Assembly (NCBI GenBank): GCA_002633005.1
Contig: NMRA01000083.1
Span: forward strand, 322,896 to 386,895
Reading direction: 5' to 3'
From: Phoronis australis
Lineage: Eukaryota; Animalia; Phoronida
Length of the DNA stretch: 64,000 nt
Shown one piece after another: positions 14,521 through 28,311 of the stretch. Both the position numbers and the translations under genes were made by a program. The stretch's first letter is position 1; every line of letters starts with the position of its first letter. The notes beneath the pieces are model-generated. The model was not told the DNA's origin, searched no databases, and worked only from the letters and a program-made list of their open reading frames with translations.

Positions 14521-17500
14521 GGATGATCTCAGAAAACAATTGGCGCCACCTTTGGAAGCCTATGTTTCGGTTCAAGTTTTGGGGTGGAACGTTTTGCTTT
14601 GGCTCTTTAATAAGGGGAGTCAGCGTGTCAAATAAACACAAGGGACTAGGTGAAGTTCATTAATTCACCTGGATGATTCACTGCTGTCAATTAGATTTAT
14701 ACAGGTTACAACACTGACATTTTGGCTTAAACTTAATTAGCACTAAGAGGGACTTTACTTATATACTCTCCTTTGTTAACGCTTATGTTCGACTTAACAC
14801 CCATCCACGAAATTCACAAATTTTCAATTTTAAAATGCCCATGCTCAGCTCAATGGCCAATTGCTAATTGAAACTTCCGTGAAACAGCACCTGCCTCGCA
14901 CAAATTTTACCTCACAAACCATACAAAACTTCCTTAACATTGGGTAATCAATAGTCAAAGTCTCAGTGGCACCATGCCTTAATCAGATGGGAGAATACTT
15001 GCACTCAACCTCACTGTTTCGTTGGACTCCTTCATGTAAATTTGGCACGAAAACCCAAATCAATCGTTCCAGTAAATGTCCACTTTTGACTAGCAAAAAA
15101 TCTTGTTATTAAAGCTCATATTTGGCTAAATGGCCACCTAGGCATTTGAGTTCCCCATCTGAGGCACCCTCGACTTCAAACAAGACCTCTCAAACTACAG
15201 ATGTTTGTTCACAAAGACAAATATCACAGTCTTCCAAGTTTCTATGTCCCCCATTGAAAAACTCTTCCCAAATGACCGTAAGAAATATCTTTAAAGAATG
15301 ACGATCACCAGTACACACGGTCTGCAAAAGCATTTCTATGCCACTACACATTTTAATTTGTTAACACAATTGAGAAAAATACAAAATGAAAGCGCTCTGA
15401 AGAGAACATTTGAAGATATAGAATAGAAATTTAAAGGTAAGATCGATGACAAAACCAAGAACATAAAGAACCATGACACTGAAGCTTTTTACATTCTGTA
15501 TGGATATCTATTCAATATATATATTTCAAATTTGAAAAGGTTTGGTCAAAGAAACATATTTCGAAATATGGCCGTCACAGCACCATCTTGCGTCCGATTG
15601 ACTAAGTAAACATTGTACGTAAATTTCACGTCGATCAGACAAGAATGCAATCTCTAGCTCAAATATGATAGGCTAACAAAGTGCAGCAACAAATACCAAA
15701 CTTCAAACAGATCGATCAAGGGATGCCAAAAATACAACACAGAACAGTCTTTGGAAAAACTTGAGAACAGTAAGACCCAGGGAAAACAAATGAGACATTT
15801 GCAATAGCCCTTGCAATGATATATCCACAGAAAAAAATCAGAAAAATCCCACCAGAAACAGCAGAGCTATGGGTCCGTAAACGAAAGATGAGAAAAATGG
15901 CCGCCACAACGCCATATTGTATCGGATTTTAACCAGAAAAAATAGGCTTCGAGCCATTCATGAGGCACATCTAGTGTGTAAATTTCACATACCGGGTAGA
16001 AACAACAAAAAAAAACAAATTTTATGACAAAGCAACATACTTTGAGAAATTTCATTTCACTAACTAACCAAAATAGTAAAGTACAGTACAATACAATAAA
16101 TTTTCATTAAAAATTGCTATAATTTCTAGCCACCAGTGATTGTCGAGGAACTCTAAAACTAAGGAATCTTTATAATTTCTTGGCTCAACATAGTCGATGT
16201 GCTCCAATGCTGACAAAGAGACATGTACTGTCCCGCAAGGTTTATACAGGCACCTTGAAACATCACCGGTCACAATCTTCAGTGTAAAACAAACACAAGG
16301 CGGCAGGTAGTTCAGTGACCAGACACATAGACATATGGTTACGTGCCAAAGTTTGTTATATTGCAACATATTTATTTTTATTGAAGTAAAGCAAACAGAA
16401 ATTGAAGTTATCACCGTGGATTCTGTGAAGATGACAGGTGAATACCTGACTGTTTGCATCAGAGTAAAGAACAAATACTTGATCAAGCTACAAGTGTTCA
16501 GAAAGGGGTTAATAATCTCTCTTAATTAGTAAAACTGCCAAGGAAGACCAATGCGATTCATAACCTTAAAGGCAAATAAACAATTTTTGATGTACTAATA
16601 CTAGGATTGAATAATGAACCGACCGGCACAATGAAAAAAAACACCGATGTTAGGCAAAAACAATAAAAACGCGCAGCCAAAAGTATGACCGTTAAAAAAA
16701 ACATCTGACACACTGCACATCAGATGTGCAAGCAACTCAGCATACATCGCACTCAATGGGCCAGTTTAGACCATAAGTTCATGCATAAGTTTGTGCACAC
16801 ATCTCTACTAAATGCATAACAAGGAGAACTCCACACAACGGTACAGCAGAATTTGGTGAATTTTGGCACACCGGCTGTTCTTCAAAACGCTGTTAGGAAT
16901 CGTTTTTAAAGTGAACTAATTTTCATGCGGGGCTATCAAAATACCACTATACCAGTATAATTTTCATGAAAAGAATCAAAAGTTGCATAACATGAAAATG
17001 AAATGATACTTTAAAAACAGCAGCAGCAGAGTTTTTGAAATTTCAATTTGAAGATTTATATGAAAAAAAAATGTTCATATTAAGGATACTGTTGTTTTGC
17101 AAACGAAACACTCCTTTTTTCCTAAATTGATTAAGAAGACATAGTCAATTGACCCAATGAATGGTAGATTGGTAAAAAGTCAAAAACCAAGTTCTACATT
17201 TTACTGGCTTTCTACTCTCAGAAAAATATACTTCTTCTTAGTTATTATCTATAGTTTTCTAGACAGATTTGTTGATAAGGTTCAACATAACCTTAAAAGG
17301 ACATTCTTGGCGAGAAAAGTAATTGCACAGAAATGAGCTGCAGTATGGCATCGAACCCACTATGCCACTGAGCCCATTCCCATGTGTTAAATAGCACAAT
17401 ATTTTAAGCATATGTAAATGACAAAGACAGTAGCCTTGATTTCAGCTAATGTCAGGCAGACAACTGGGAGAGTTGGAGATTTGTAATAAATTCGCAAAAA

Positions 17501-20380
17501 TAACAGATTTTATTGTTTTCCTCTCATCAAAGCTGATAACTTCAAGAAGTCGGTCCTGTCCAGCAATATTCCCAAAAATGTGTTTTTTCAATCATAAAAA
17601 CCCTTTACATTAACAATATTTTACAGTAGCAAAATTTCCTAGACAATTTCTGGATCAGTGAGTTTCTGTACAACACATCAGACACAAGTCTTGACTTACC
17701 CAAAAACTAAAAAAAAACTTAGTAATTAGAAAACGTAGTTGTTGATTAGAAATGTTTTTTCAACAAGCTTTTCAGTTTGTCCATGCGTCCCATATCTTGT
17801 AGATAAATAATGTTTAACATGGAGGCAATGGTGGATGCTTTAATAAACATATTTATCTAAATATACACAAACAAACATTTTAGTTAGAACTTAAACCATT
17901 GCCAGTTTTGACGGACAGAATCATAGGAGAAAACAAATATTACAGTGAAATTTCACAAATTTCGCACAAAATTTACTGCCAAAATTGCCATTTTCTCATT
18001 CTCTTCTTACAGTGTTGTGATTGCCCAGAAGTTTTCAAAATCTTGTTTGCTGGTAGACATCATGCAGTAATTGAATATGGTTATGCATTAATTTGCTACT
18101 GTATATCTTACATGAATAAGGAAATAAAATTTCAGTCATCGGCCATATTGTTTCCCAAATTTGTGAATTTTACCATACAAGTCTATACATACGATATATT
18201 CAACATTGAGAGGGAAAAGAGAATCACATTCAGAGCTATAGTCTGCGAAGTTTTCAATAACTCTAGGACCTCCCAAGGACATGATTAAAAAATCAAGACT
18301 GATCTAGATATTGCCATGCATCTTCAATGAGAGCATGTGATTTTGGCTACATTTTTCTTGCTGCGAGACAGCTATTGAACTCCAGCCTGGTAGATGTGAT
18401 ATTGTTACCCAGTGACATGAATGCTTTTGATGGGTGCTAGGATATGCAGGAACTCTCTGACATGTAAAGAGGGGGTGTTGTTCCCATAACAAAGGATATC
18501 TGCATTATCAAAATCAATCATCATCACCTTTCTGTTGACCATTTGGCTTAAAACTCTGATTATATAACTTATTTCATATCTACCTGATTCTGGCTCCTAG
18601 AAATGCAGAAGTCAGTAGAGGACGACTTAACCAGACACTTGGTAGTTAGCTTAGAGTGAGACAATGAAATAGATATTTCCAGGAGTAGAGCATGCGGCAA
18701 TAAAAGAACAAATTTTCAGATATAACCAGCGTTCTACGCATGAACCATTAAAAAAATTTTCACACTTTTCGTACCTAAACAGTACGACAATGAACACAAT
18801 AATTTTTTATGAAAATTTCAGGGTTTTAAACATGATAATAGAGGTTGTGTCACAGTTCATGTTTGTAAAATTATGAATTTTAAGCTTCTCGACTACATTT
18901 TCACGGATGACACATTTAAGTTTTTTCACATTGCGCCATCAATTCTCCGCCTCATTCCCACCCCCTTGACACTAATAACCCGTTGCTCAAAATCCCAGTT
19001 TCCTCTACGTTCACAAATTCGGACTAATCTCACTGTTCGTGACAGCCTTAAACTACAAAATCATATTCACGGTGACTTTCAAATCATGGTTCACGGATAT
19101 GAAAAACACTATTTCATTATTTGCAGAATGTTGTAGTGCGTGTGTACTAAATGTGTAATTAAATTCAAACAAAAAAGGGAAAAACAAAACAAAACACGCT
19201 CTAATTGATTTTTTGGTATCTTCTGAAGTTTGTATATACCATAAGCTGTTTGAAATATCACTTAAGGTTGATTTTTAGCATAATCAGAAGCCAACAATTA
19301 AAATTGTCATCAAGAACAACGTTAATCAAGTATGCAATCCTTTTCAAAAGTAACGACCTAATACAAAACATTTTCTTTGAATCAATTTTTCAAATCTGGT
19401 AAAAGAATCATTAGTTTGAGACACAATATGGCACACCAGCAAAAATTCTTTTGTCAAATTTCTCAACAGACACATTCGCACAAAATCTACTTTCTTTGCT
19501 TCTAACATATTTTGTATGAAATAGGTGTCACCAGACAGGAGCCAGAAATACTGTACATTAACCAGCCAAGCTTACCCAGAAGACAAATGCAACATTTCAT
19601 TACATTTGTACAAGGTAATCCTCAAGTCAGCATCAACAGCATGCCTTACACACAAAAGTATTCACAAGTGCTGATCTAAGAATGCAACAGACAACTGTAC
19701 ACCACTTAAAATTTCTTCTTCATTGAAAAACACAACATCAGTGGCAATACCCTAACTGCTAAGATAAAGGAACCACAATCACAGTCTCAGGACAGAAATC
19801 AGGACTAACCTCAATAACTTTATCTCCCAAATACCAACCACCTGTACCCAAAACATGTCATGTAAAATGGAGCCCCAACTCAACAAACCTAGAATCCGAC
19901 TGTTTTGCCACTTTTCAAAATTACCCTCATTTTTCATTATTGCAGAAAACTGGTTCTACCACCATTATGAGTTATTAAATAAATGTCACATTGAATTTTT
20001 TTAGATTGTAACCTCAGTTTTCAAATGTTTTGGCTTTGAAGACTAAATGTATACAGATGTACTTGCATGGTCTTGAAGCGAAGAAAACGAGCAAAATTTG
20101 GCATTTTTTAGCATTAGCAGTGATTACGTAAGCCTCTGCTCTAACTACTAAATAAACAAAAAGTTTAGGTTTTTGTTCCAACTGCACCAACATATTTTAC
20201 ACGAAAACTAACTGCATTACTATCAAACCATTAACAGAGATAGGTGGTGACATTCTAAAGTGCTTTGCATGTCAAGCACTTACCCTAATCGCCACACAGA
20301 TAGCAATTAACAGGTTGTGCATTTCAAAGATTAGGCACTCAAATGTGCATAACTAAGATAAGTCTGCTGCTAATTCCTAC

Positions 20381-20452
20381 CTTGTAGTGAGTCGTATTGA
20401 AATTATATTCCTTGTTGAAATTAATACAAGAATTCTTTAACAGCAGCTCCAT
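20381..20452 (-). CDS. Candidate first coding exon of TOX (MELLLKNSCINFNKEYNFNTTHYK)
   Basis: gggATGg start, open 24 codons, AAG|gtagga donor in phase 0 matching exon 11617-12114; promoter-like sequence lies upstream. Confidence 0.4.
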
Positions 20453-20579
20453 CCCTCACACAGTTGGCAAAGTCATAACAGGGCATGCATGCATGCCATA
20501 AACGAAACTGACAAGAACAAAAATGTCATCAAACTTCCCAAATAGCTTACGCAGCCCAACTGGTTAAAGGAGCCAACTT

Positions 20580-20830
20580 GTTGCAGGTAAACGCGCGCAC
20601 GAATCTGGAGAAACCAGATTATTGCATGTATGTTAATTAGCTGATGACAAGGATAATCTAGTCAGGGTATTAACTATATATTTATATACAGTTTGATAGA
20701 GTCAACAGTCATCACCCAGTCACACCTGCTGCTTGTCTAGACACCGACTGCTGATTGGCTGATTGTTTTATGACATTGGATAGCCATTTGTTTGAAGCAG
20801 GCGCGTGCCAGTGATAGGCTACCGACACCC
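20580..20830 (-). promoter_or_regulatory. Candidate TOX promoter
   Basis: TATA-like TATATAAATATATA near 20675-20688, CCAAT box (ctgattggct near 20751-20760) and CpG-rich gcgcgc motifs upstream of the candidate first exon. Confidence 0.3.
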
Positions 20831-21127
20831 CTCATAGATAACGCAGTTATTAAGCACCAACACTTGAATAAGCGCTGGTGTATTTATAAAAGATAGGCTC
20901 ATAAAAATGACAGCATCAAACAATCACTAGCCAAGAAAAAACAGACAATGAAAATTCTGTGAACAGTACCACTATAAATACATTAGACCAAAATCACATC
21001 AAAAGATTATCACCTCAGACAATCAAGTTAAACATGATGTTATGCATAAACATTCCAGAAAAGTGATTGCTGTTACCATTTGACATTTGGAAATTTTGAC
21101 GAAGCACAATATGAGGAAATTGTCAAA

Positions 21128-21436
21128 TTTAAATCTAAATTGGAAATAAAAACTGGTAAACCAAAGAATGTTTGTTTAAGAATAGACACAACTCACTGAA
21201 GAACTAGAGCCACAAATACAGTCTCATCCCTTTAAATCTAAATTGGAAATAAAAACTGGTAAACCAAAGAATATTTGTTTAAGAACAGACACAACTCACT
21301 GAAGAAGTAGAGCCACAAATACAGTCTGATCCCTTTAAATCTAAATTGGAAATAAAAACTGGTAAACCAAAGCATGTTTGCTTAAACATAGACACAACTC
21401 ACTGTGGAAATAGAGCCACAAATACAGTCTGATCCC
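21128..21436. repeat. 103-bp tandem repeat, 3 copies
   Basis: Units start at 21128, 21231 and 21334 (tttaaatctaaattggaaataaaaactggtaaaccaaag...). Confidence 0.95.
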
Positions 21437-23431
21437 AAAGACTTGATAATTCATCTTTCAATAGAAATTGATGAAAATTCAGAGATAGGCAACTGCCTCA
21501 AACATTCATTACCAACTGACATAAAACACCAGCTTAAAACACAATAGCAAGTCCCCTGGGAAAATCCAATCCATGAAATTAAAAGTTTGTAATCAACCTT
21601 CCGTTATCGTGTGTGCCCACCTGTCTATAGGTACACCTATCATTATGCTGTGATCAGTTTATACAAAGAGCTGTTGGCTTAAGGTTACATAGGACCTTAT
21701 CGACAAGCCTGTGTGTTTAGCTACATACCTGTAAAATTATAGATTTTAACTTGGTATGTATTTTTTTAATGTAAAAAGCTTGTAGAATTTCATTTCGACT
21801 TTATACCAATCTGCCAATAATTGGGCCATGTGACTGTTGTCTTGTTTAATAAAATTTAGCAAAAAGGTTGATAGCATAACAATCAATAGCATGATCAAAT
21901 TTCGTTTGAGATAAAAATTGTCAAGAGGAAATCTCAAAAAGACTGTAACAGTTATCTAAATTATCATTTCGTTGTCATTTGAAGCAACTTATAAGTTTTT
22001 TATACACCCTCATGCAAAACTGGAACCGTTTCAAATAATTCCTAATAGTGCTTTGGAGAACAATGTACAAAACAAAGTATCTAGAAGTTTTATATGAAGC
22101 CGATCAGTCACTTGTGAGATATAATGCTCAGAATTTAGCCAAATCGGAACATTTTTCCAAGGTGCTACATAACACCATAAGGGGAACACAGCCTGGCAAT
22201 CTTGTGAATAAGCAATCAAATACAAGAAAGATTTCATACATCTAATACAATGAGACCAGATAGTTTTTACAAATCATTTTCCACTAAATCCCATTCCCTC
22301 ATTTATTACCATATAAACATGTAGGTCTCTAAATAATGGATTTGAACTTTGAATGAACTACTCATTCTCAAAATGCTAGGCACTGTATAAGTTTCGCGTG
22401 AACACATTTCAAGTGATTATTTCCCATTTTTTGGAGGTGGTAAATGATGTATCATTGCTCGAGTGTCAACGTACTGTTACAAGAAGCCTTCAATATCAAA
22501 GAAACAGCTTGTTGAAACAAAGGCAAAATATCCTGAACGATGTATTGAATTTGTTAAAGCAGAGCTTTGAAGCAAACAGCACTGATAACATTAGACTTTC
22601 TCAGGTAGAACGGCTAGCTTGTAGTACCAACAAGTGTGAAGAAAACAAAGACCAGAGTCGATCAAGCATGAAAACAGCAGGTAGGACCATGATTGAGTAG
22701 TGGTTAGAGGTCATTGTTTTGCTTATAGAAAAGATAGAGTGATTAAGTTACGCCAGGTGAACTTGACTGTTATTTTTATGGTAATTTTCTCTTGTTCTTT
22801 CTCAGCTCTTTGAAGTAGCGGCCAGCTAGTAGTCTTAACATGTGATTATGTCGGTGGCAGGACAGTCGTAGCCAGCTCTGGTAAGGCTCCACGGTCTGCA
22901 TCCTTAATGACATTCAGCAAATACAGGGTTAAGAGCCGCATACAAATGTTTGTTCAGAGCAAACTGGTACTTAAAAAAACGCTGCTGTCAAGTGGGCGGG
23001 ATCAGTGGACTGTAAGCACTTGAAACAAAGTGAAAAATAAAGGACTATTTGACTACTTTAGGATGCTTAGGTATCATCAATTAAACTGGCTGAAATGAAC
23101 TGCATAAGATGGCAAAATGGACTATAAAAAGCTGATTAATTGGACCACTTATAGCAAATGAAAACAACACATAAATGACGACCAAGCACTTAAGCAAACA
23201 GACAGAGAAATGGGACAAAAGAAAACGTAAGAAAATTAAACATAGAAAACAATGCCACGGAAATTTATTCAAGATTAATGTTTGCTCTTAAAAAATAGTT
23301 GCTCTTAAAAAATAAATCAAAGTACTTGTTAAGATAGTTATAAAACCTGAACCTTAGCTTAAGTAGATTAATATATTGTTGAGCAATGGTTATTGAGCAA
23401 TTGTGAACCATTTGTTTAAACAGTCTGAAAT

Positions 23432-23653
23432 TGACAACCAATCATATTCATATCCCTACACAACACACTGACAACCAATCATATTCATATCCCTACACAA
23501 TACACTGATAACCAATCATATTCATATCCCTACACAACACACTGATAACCAATCATATTCATATCCCTACACAACACATTGACAACCAATCATATTCATA
23601 TCCCTACACAACACATTGACAACCAATCATATTCATATCCCTACGCAACACAT
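23432..23653. repeat. 37-bp minisatellite, 6 copies
   Basis: tgacaaccaatcatattcatatccctacacaacacac head-to-tail. Confidence 0.95.
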
Positions 23654-24873
23654 TACTCAAGATTATTCAGGGTGTTTCAAAATTATGGAATATGTATTAT
23701 TGTATGGCCTGGCCCATTCAAATTGATACGTGGGATACTTAAAATAAAGCTTATACACAGAAGTAAGCAACATCTGGTGTCTGTTTCATAAAAATGACTT
23801 GGACAGGAATTTGGTTTATATTTTTGAAAAATAATTAAATCTCACATAAGCAACAACACGACATCTCTGAGAATATACTCACTACCCTTTAGTTACCGAG
23901 ATGATCTATATAAATTATTTCTTGGATAATGATTAAACAGCAAGATCATTATTCAGTATGGTAAAGTATCTCAACCTTAGGACTCAATATGGCTGACAGA
24001 TTATTTAATTTGAAAAACGTTGAGTTTTTTGTTATTTTAATGTTTAATAATAGCATGTGACATCAAATTTCACAATGTCATACTAAACAATAGGCTAACC
24101 CAAATGTAGGTAATTTTGATTTTTTAAAAGAACAAAAGATTGTTCACATAACTTATTTCAAAATCCCCACAACATGACACAATCAATCCTCATCTCGCGA
24201 AATGCAGCGGGGTACGTAACCAAGATCTAGAAATTGGTATGCTTCAAGAGCCATATTTTCGTATTCTTATGTGAAACTGTTTAAGCTAAAATAGCTCAAA
24301 AACGTGTAATACATGATGGTAACAAAACAACACATAAAAGAAAAAAAAATTAACGGTGAAACTTTTTGTGTACAGGCTGAAACCCTAAAATTTGAGGTAC
24401 CCTGATAGTCAAAATCCAGAAAAAATTTACTTATTCCGACATAAGACAATCAGTAAACCCGAAAATATACAGAAAGCCATTAAAATTTCATTAACCCATT
24501 TTCATCAAAGACTTCAATCATCAAATTAACTAGAAGAGTCTTAAGTTTTCAGAAACACATGTAAATTTCAAATTTTTGCCACACGTGTCTTTGTTCAAGC
24601 GGCTGTAATGAAAAAACAAATTCGGTGACTCCCAAATTTTTTTAGAAAATTTGAAGTAGGCAATCAGGATACAAGTTGCAAAAATTTAAAACAATTTCAA
24701 CGATAAATTAGAGCTGTGTCACTAAGAAATAAAAATTATAGTAGCAAGTGATACACTGTTGTGGAGCTCACCCGTAATGATAAACTGGATATTGGTATAT
24801 CAAAGTACTGTAATGAATTGTCAAAAAACTCATCACTTTCCATAAAACCCACACAAAATAATAAATCCAAATA

Positions 24874-26425
24874 CCGTATTCGCCGTAATAACCGCCCAGG
24901 GCACTTAGAAAAGTTCGGTTCAGGGGGGGCGCTTATTATAACCCAAGGCGGTTGAAACCCGGTCTCCGAAACGGGTGAAATCGGAAGCTAAGATTCATCA
25001 AATTTACGCTCTGTGACGCATGTAATCTATCAAAGACTTTCAACAAAACTGTGGTGCATTGCTATCAAACTTTGCTGCTAAATTACGATCATTGTACAGA
25101 AAATTGTGCTAAAATCCCAGGGCGAAAACTCGCCAACTGACTGCTTCGAAATCGCCGTCTTCGATATGGCGACTTCAATGCTTGAATAAAAATGGTTTCG
25201 ATAAAGTGCCTGAAATCCTCATTAAATTTTATAAGTACCGTGTCTAAGGTTTTTAAGTTCCCGTGGAGTCTGGATTAACGGCAGGTTTAAGTATAAATCT
25301 GTGCAACATCGTGCCATCTACATATAGTCCGAATACCTATAGTCGTCAGGCTCCAAAGGTCGTCCGCCATCTTCTGTCGCGTGCAGCGCAGCCACGCGGG
25401 ACTTAGCGTTCCAATTTGGAGTGCTCGTCTGCACGTTAGGTACTAACCTCTCGGGGGAAACACGCATGGAAGAACTGAGACTAAAATTAATGCATTTACT
25501 GACTGTTTTTTTGAGACCACTCAAAAACTTGTAGATTTTACTAACGCACTTTTTTGTTCATTTTCAGAAGATATTTTCGAAATTAAATTTTCTTCAGACG
25601 GAACTTTAACCTACCCAGATATTGTTTATGCAATGTATCTATTTGTCCCAGGCACCAACCGACACCCGTTAGGCCAAAGGAAAAACGCAACAGACAAATG
25701 GAACACGCTGGGTGCTTAACAGTTTCGGCCCACGCCTTGGTCATCAAAATATTGTCCACTTATTTTTTATTGCAAAACAAAGTACTGAGCTCAACATTTA
25801 TGTTGAAATTTTTGGTTAAAGCATTTTGAATTTATTTGAAGAAAATTAAAATACTTGAATTGATAGAGAATGGCCACCAATAAAGTAAAACATTGACTTT
25901 ATTTCACTATATTGCATTGTTACATACAACACAGCATGACATAATCAAAAATAAAAGAAGAGATTGAGCAATAAAATGCAAATACAACTTGNNNNNNNNN
26001 NNNNNNNNNNNNNNNNNNNNNNNNNNNNNNNNNNNNNNNNNNNNNNNNNNNNNNNNNNNNNNNNNNNNNNNNNNNNNNNNNNNNNNNNNNNNNNNNNNNN
26101 NNNNNNNNNNNNNNNNNNNNNNNNNNNNNNNNNNNNNTGGGACACGGTCGTCGCGAGAGCGTAGCAACGCTGTTGCGTTCTTTTTGAAGCGCTGCTTTAC
26201 TTTGTCACGGCTAAATACAAACGTAGCAGTGCCGCTGGTGGTCTAGAAGACCCGTACAAAAAATTTTTGATAAACTGAAGACGTTACTGTAGCCGAGTTT
26301 TAGGACTGTAGGTACGTCATTGTTCGCATGTACACGTTCATGGACTGGGCGCTTATTTCAGCAAAGTCTGAAAACGCGTGGGGGGGCGCTTATAGGGGCA
26401 TGGGCGGTTATTACGGCGAATACGG
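24874..26425. mobile_element. Non-autonomous Tc1/mariner-like element (family M, copy 1); spans a gap
   Basis: TA-CCGTATTCGCCGTAATAACCGCCCA ... TGGGCGGTTATTACGGCGAATACGG-TA: perfect TIRs with TA target duplication. Confidence 0.85.
25992..26137. other. Assembly gap
   Basis: Run of N. Confidence 1.
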
Positions 26426-26691
26426 TAATGTCCTAATCTATTGCCATATTCCTGGACATTGTCAATATAAAGTCATTAAAAATCGATTCTCACCTGCATA
26501 TCATATGTGTCATTGCCAATTCATCTTCAATTCATTTGCGGTTCAATTACTAAAATAAACCTGTTTTACTTAAGGTAAAGAGTGGTTGAGTGACCCTCAA
26601 GTACCAAACTGAAGCATATCTAATCTTGAGAACAAGTGTGGTTTCTGCTCTAGCACAACTGAGGAATACAAGTAAATCAGGGGTGACTTAA

Positions 26692-27354
26692 GGAGGCACT
26701 GAACAGTTCTCACAGGGGTTTGCCTGTCAGCACACACGTCAATGGACTCTTCACCCTTTCTTCACTCTATCAAAAACTGCATACAAATGAAAAAAATTTT
26801 GAGTCATTTCACATCACAAGCCCTACAGATGAGTGCAGAAACTTTATTCTCTCTTGTATTTTTGACCCTCTCACTCCCAATGGAAACTAAGTCAGACTAA
26901 GAAAAATAAGGGCAAAAAATTGCAAAATCGGCACTTTTCACCTCAAAACCACCACTTCCCCGCCGATGCTCGACTAAAGCCAACATTAGATTCCGAAAGC
27001 AATTTCCTACCGATTTCAAAAATGTGGTCCAAAAGTACTGTCAACCAATGAGTTTTTTTTTGCAAATCTGGCTTGTTTGAGGGATGCCTGAAATCACGGC
27101 CAATTTCTCAGTTGCTACACAGCAATGCACAATTGCAACAGGGGGAGCCACCATCTTGAAGGAAAGTGTAGCTACAGCCGAGAAAGTGGCCTTTTCTCAT
27201 TCTCAGCATGTTCACAAATACAAACAAACCACATTCACTGAACCTACATGCAGTGCCTACTGACAAAATGCTCCCTAACTTGGCCTACACCAAAATTTTA
27301 ATATTTTGGCAATGCAAATTGGCCGCGGCTGCAGCCTAACTGTTCAGTGCCACC
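26692..27354. mobile_element. Kolobok-like MITE, 663 bp
   Basis: TTAA-GGAGGCACTGAACAGTT ... AACTGTTCAGTGCCACC-TTAA (17-bp TIR, 1 mismatch, RR..YY termini). Confidence 0.8.
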
Positions 27355-28311
27355 TTAAGACAAGACAGACGTTTGGTCTTACGCTTGCACTTCCCAGTTG
27401 GTGAATAAAGGTTTACATAAAAAATTTCAAGGGCATCACAGTCTAGAAATAAGTTACAGAAACTATCACCATAACTAGCAGATTTGAGTATATACTCAGA
27501 ATTATTTTTCAGAAATAGTAATGTGTAGAGCGTGAGACCAAATTTCTGACTTGTTGAGTCTTATAGGATATCTCAAACCTCATTCACAAAAATTGGCCCT
27601 TTTTACAATATTTCAAACATGTCTAACAAAATCCCTTATCTTCAATCTTGGGAAACTTCAAAACCATACGAAATATATAACGTGTAGCAAGAAAAAATAG
27701 AAGAACCACCTAGAAATCGCAGCTGCGTGGAAAATTGTTAACCACTTATCCGAGGTCAAAGATTACAGGGCTGTCACTTAAATCAAATCTCCCACCAGGC
27801 ACAGATTAGTACCCCCAGTCCTTTCTTCCACCCATTTGCCATAATACTGGGTCAAAGAGGTGTACATGTGATAGGAAGATGTTGGGGAAAACAAAGACAA
27901 AATGCAGATCCTGAGGGAGTTGTGCGTCTGGATGCACACAACCGTTGGGAACGAATGGTCCAAGTCACCGCATGTCACTGTGACTTTTGTGTTCGCGAAC
28001 ATAGCAAGTTGTGAAAAGAGATAAATCCTCACCCAAATTCATTACTTTGATAGGTAATTCGACATTTCACTGTTTTGATCTCATGCTCATGACGCGCTTT
28101 AACCATCCAATCGATTTCTGTTCATTTCACTCTTGCTATCTATCATATCACCCTCCTGGCATGTGAGGTATGTGTGTGTGTGTGCGTGCGTGTGTGTTGC
28201 AATGAACTGTTGACCTATGTTTAAGTAGTTCAACTAATGACCAGCATGTTGGACTGGAGACAGTCACAAAATTAAACGATTTAATTAGTGATTAGACAAG
28301 TTAATTACATA

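Noticed and set aside
16064-16529. 140-aa and 64-aa ORFs in the TOX upstream/intron region
   Set aside because: No recognisable domain or convincing splice structure
23432-23653. 37-bp repeats as a CRISPR array
   Set aside because: Units are head-to-tail with no unique spacers, there are no cas genes, and the context is eukaryotic
25907-26246. ORFs spanning N runs (also 60060-60381)
   Set aside because: Artefacts of translating gaps
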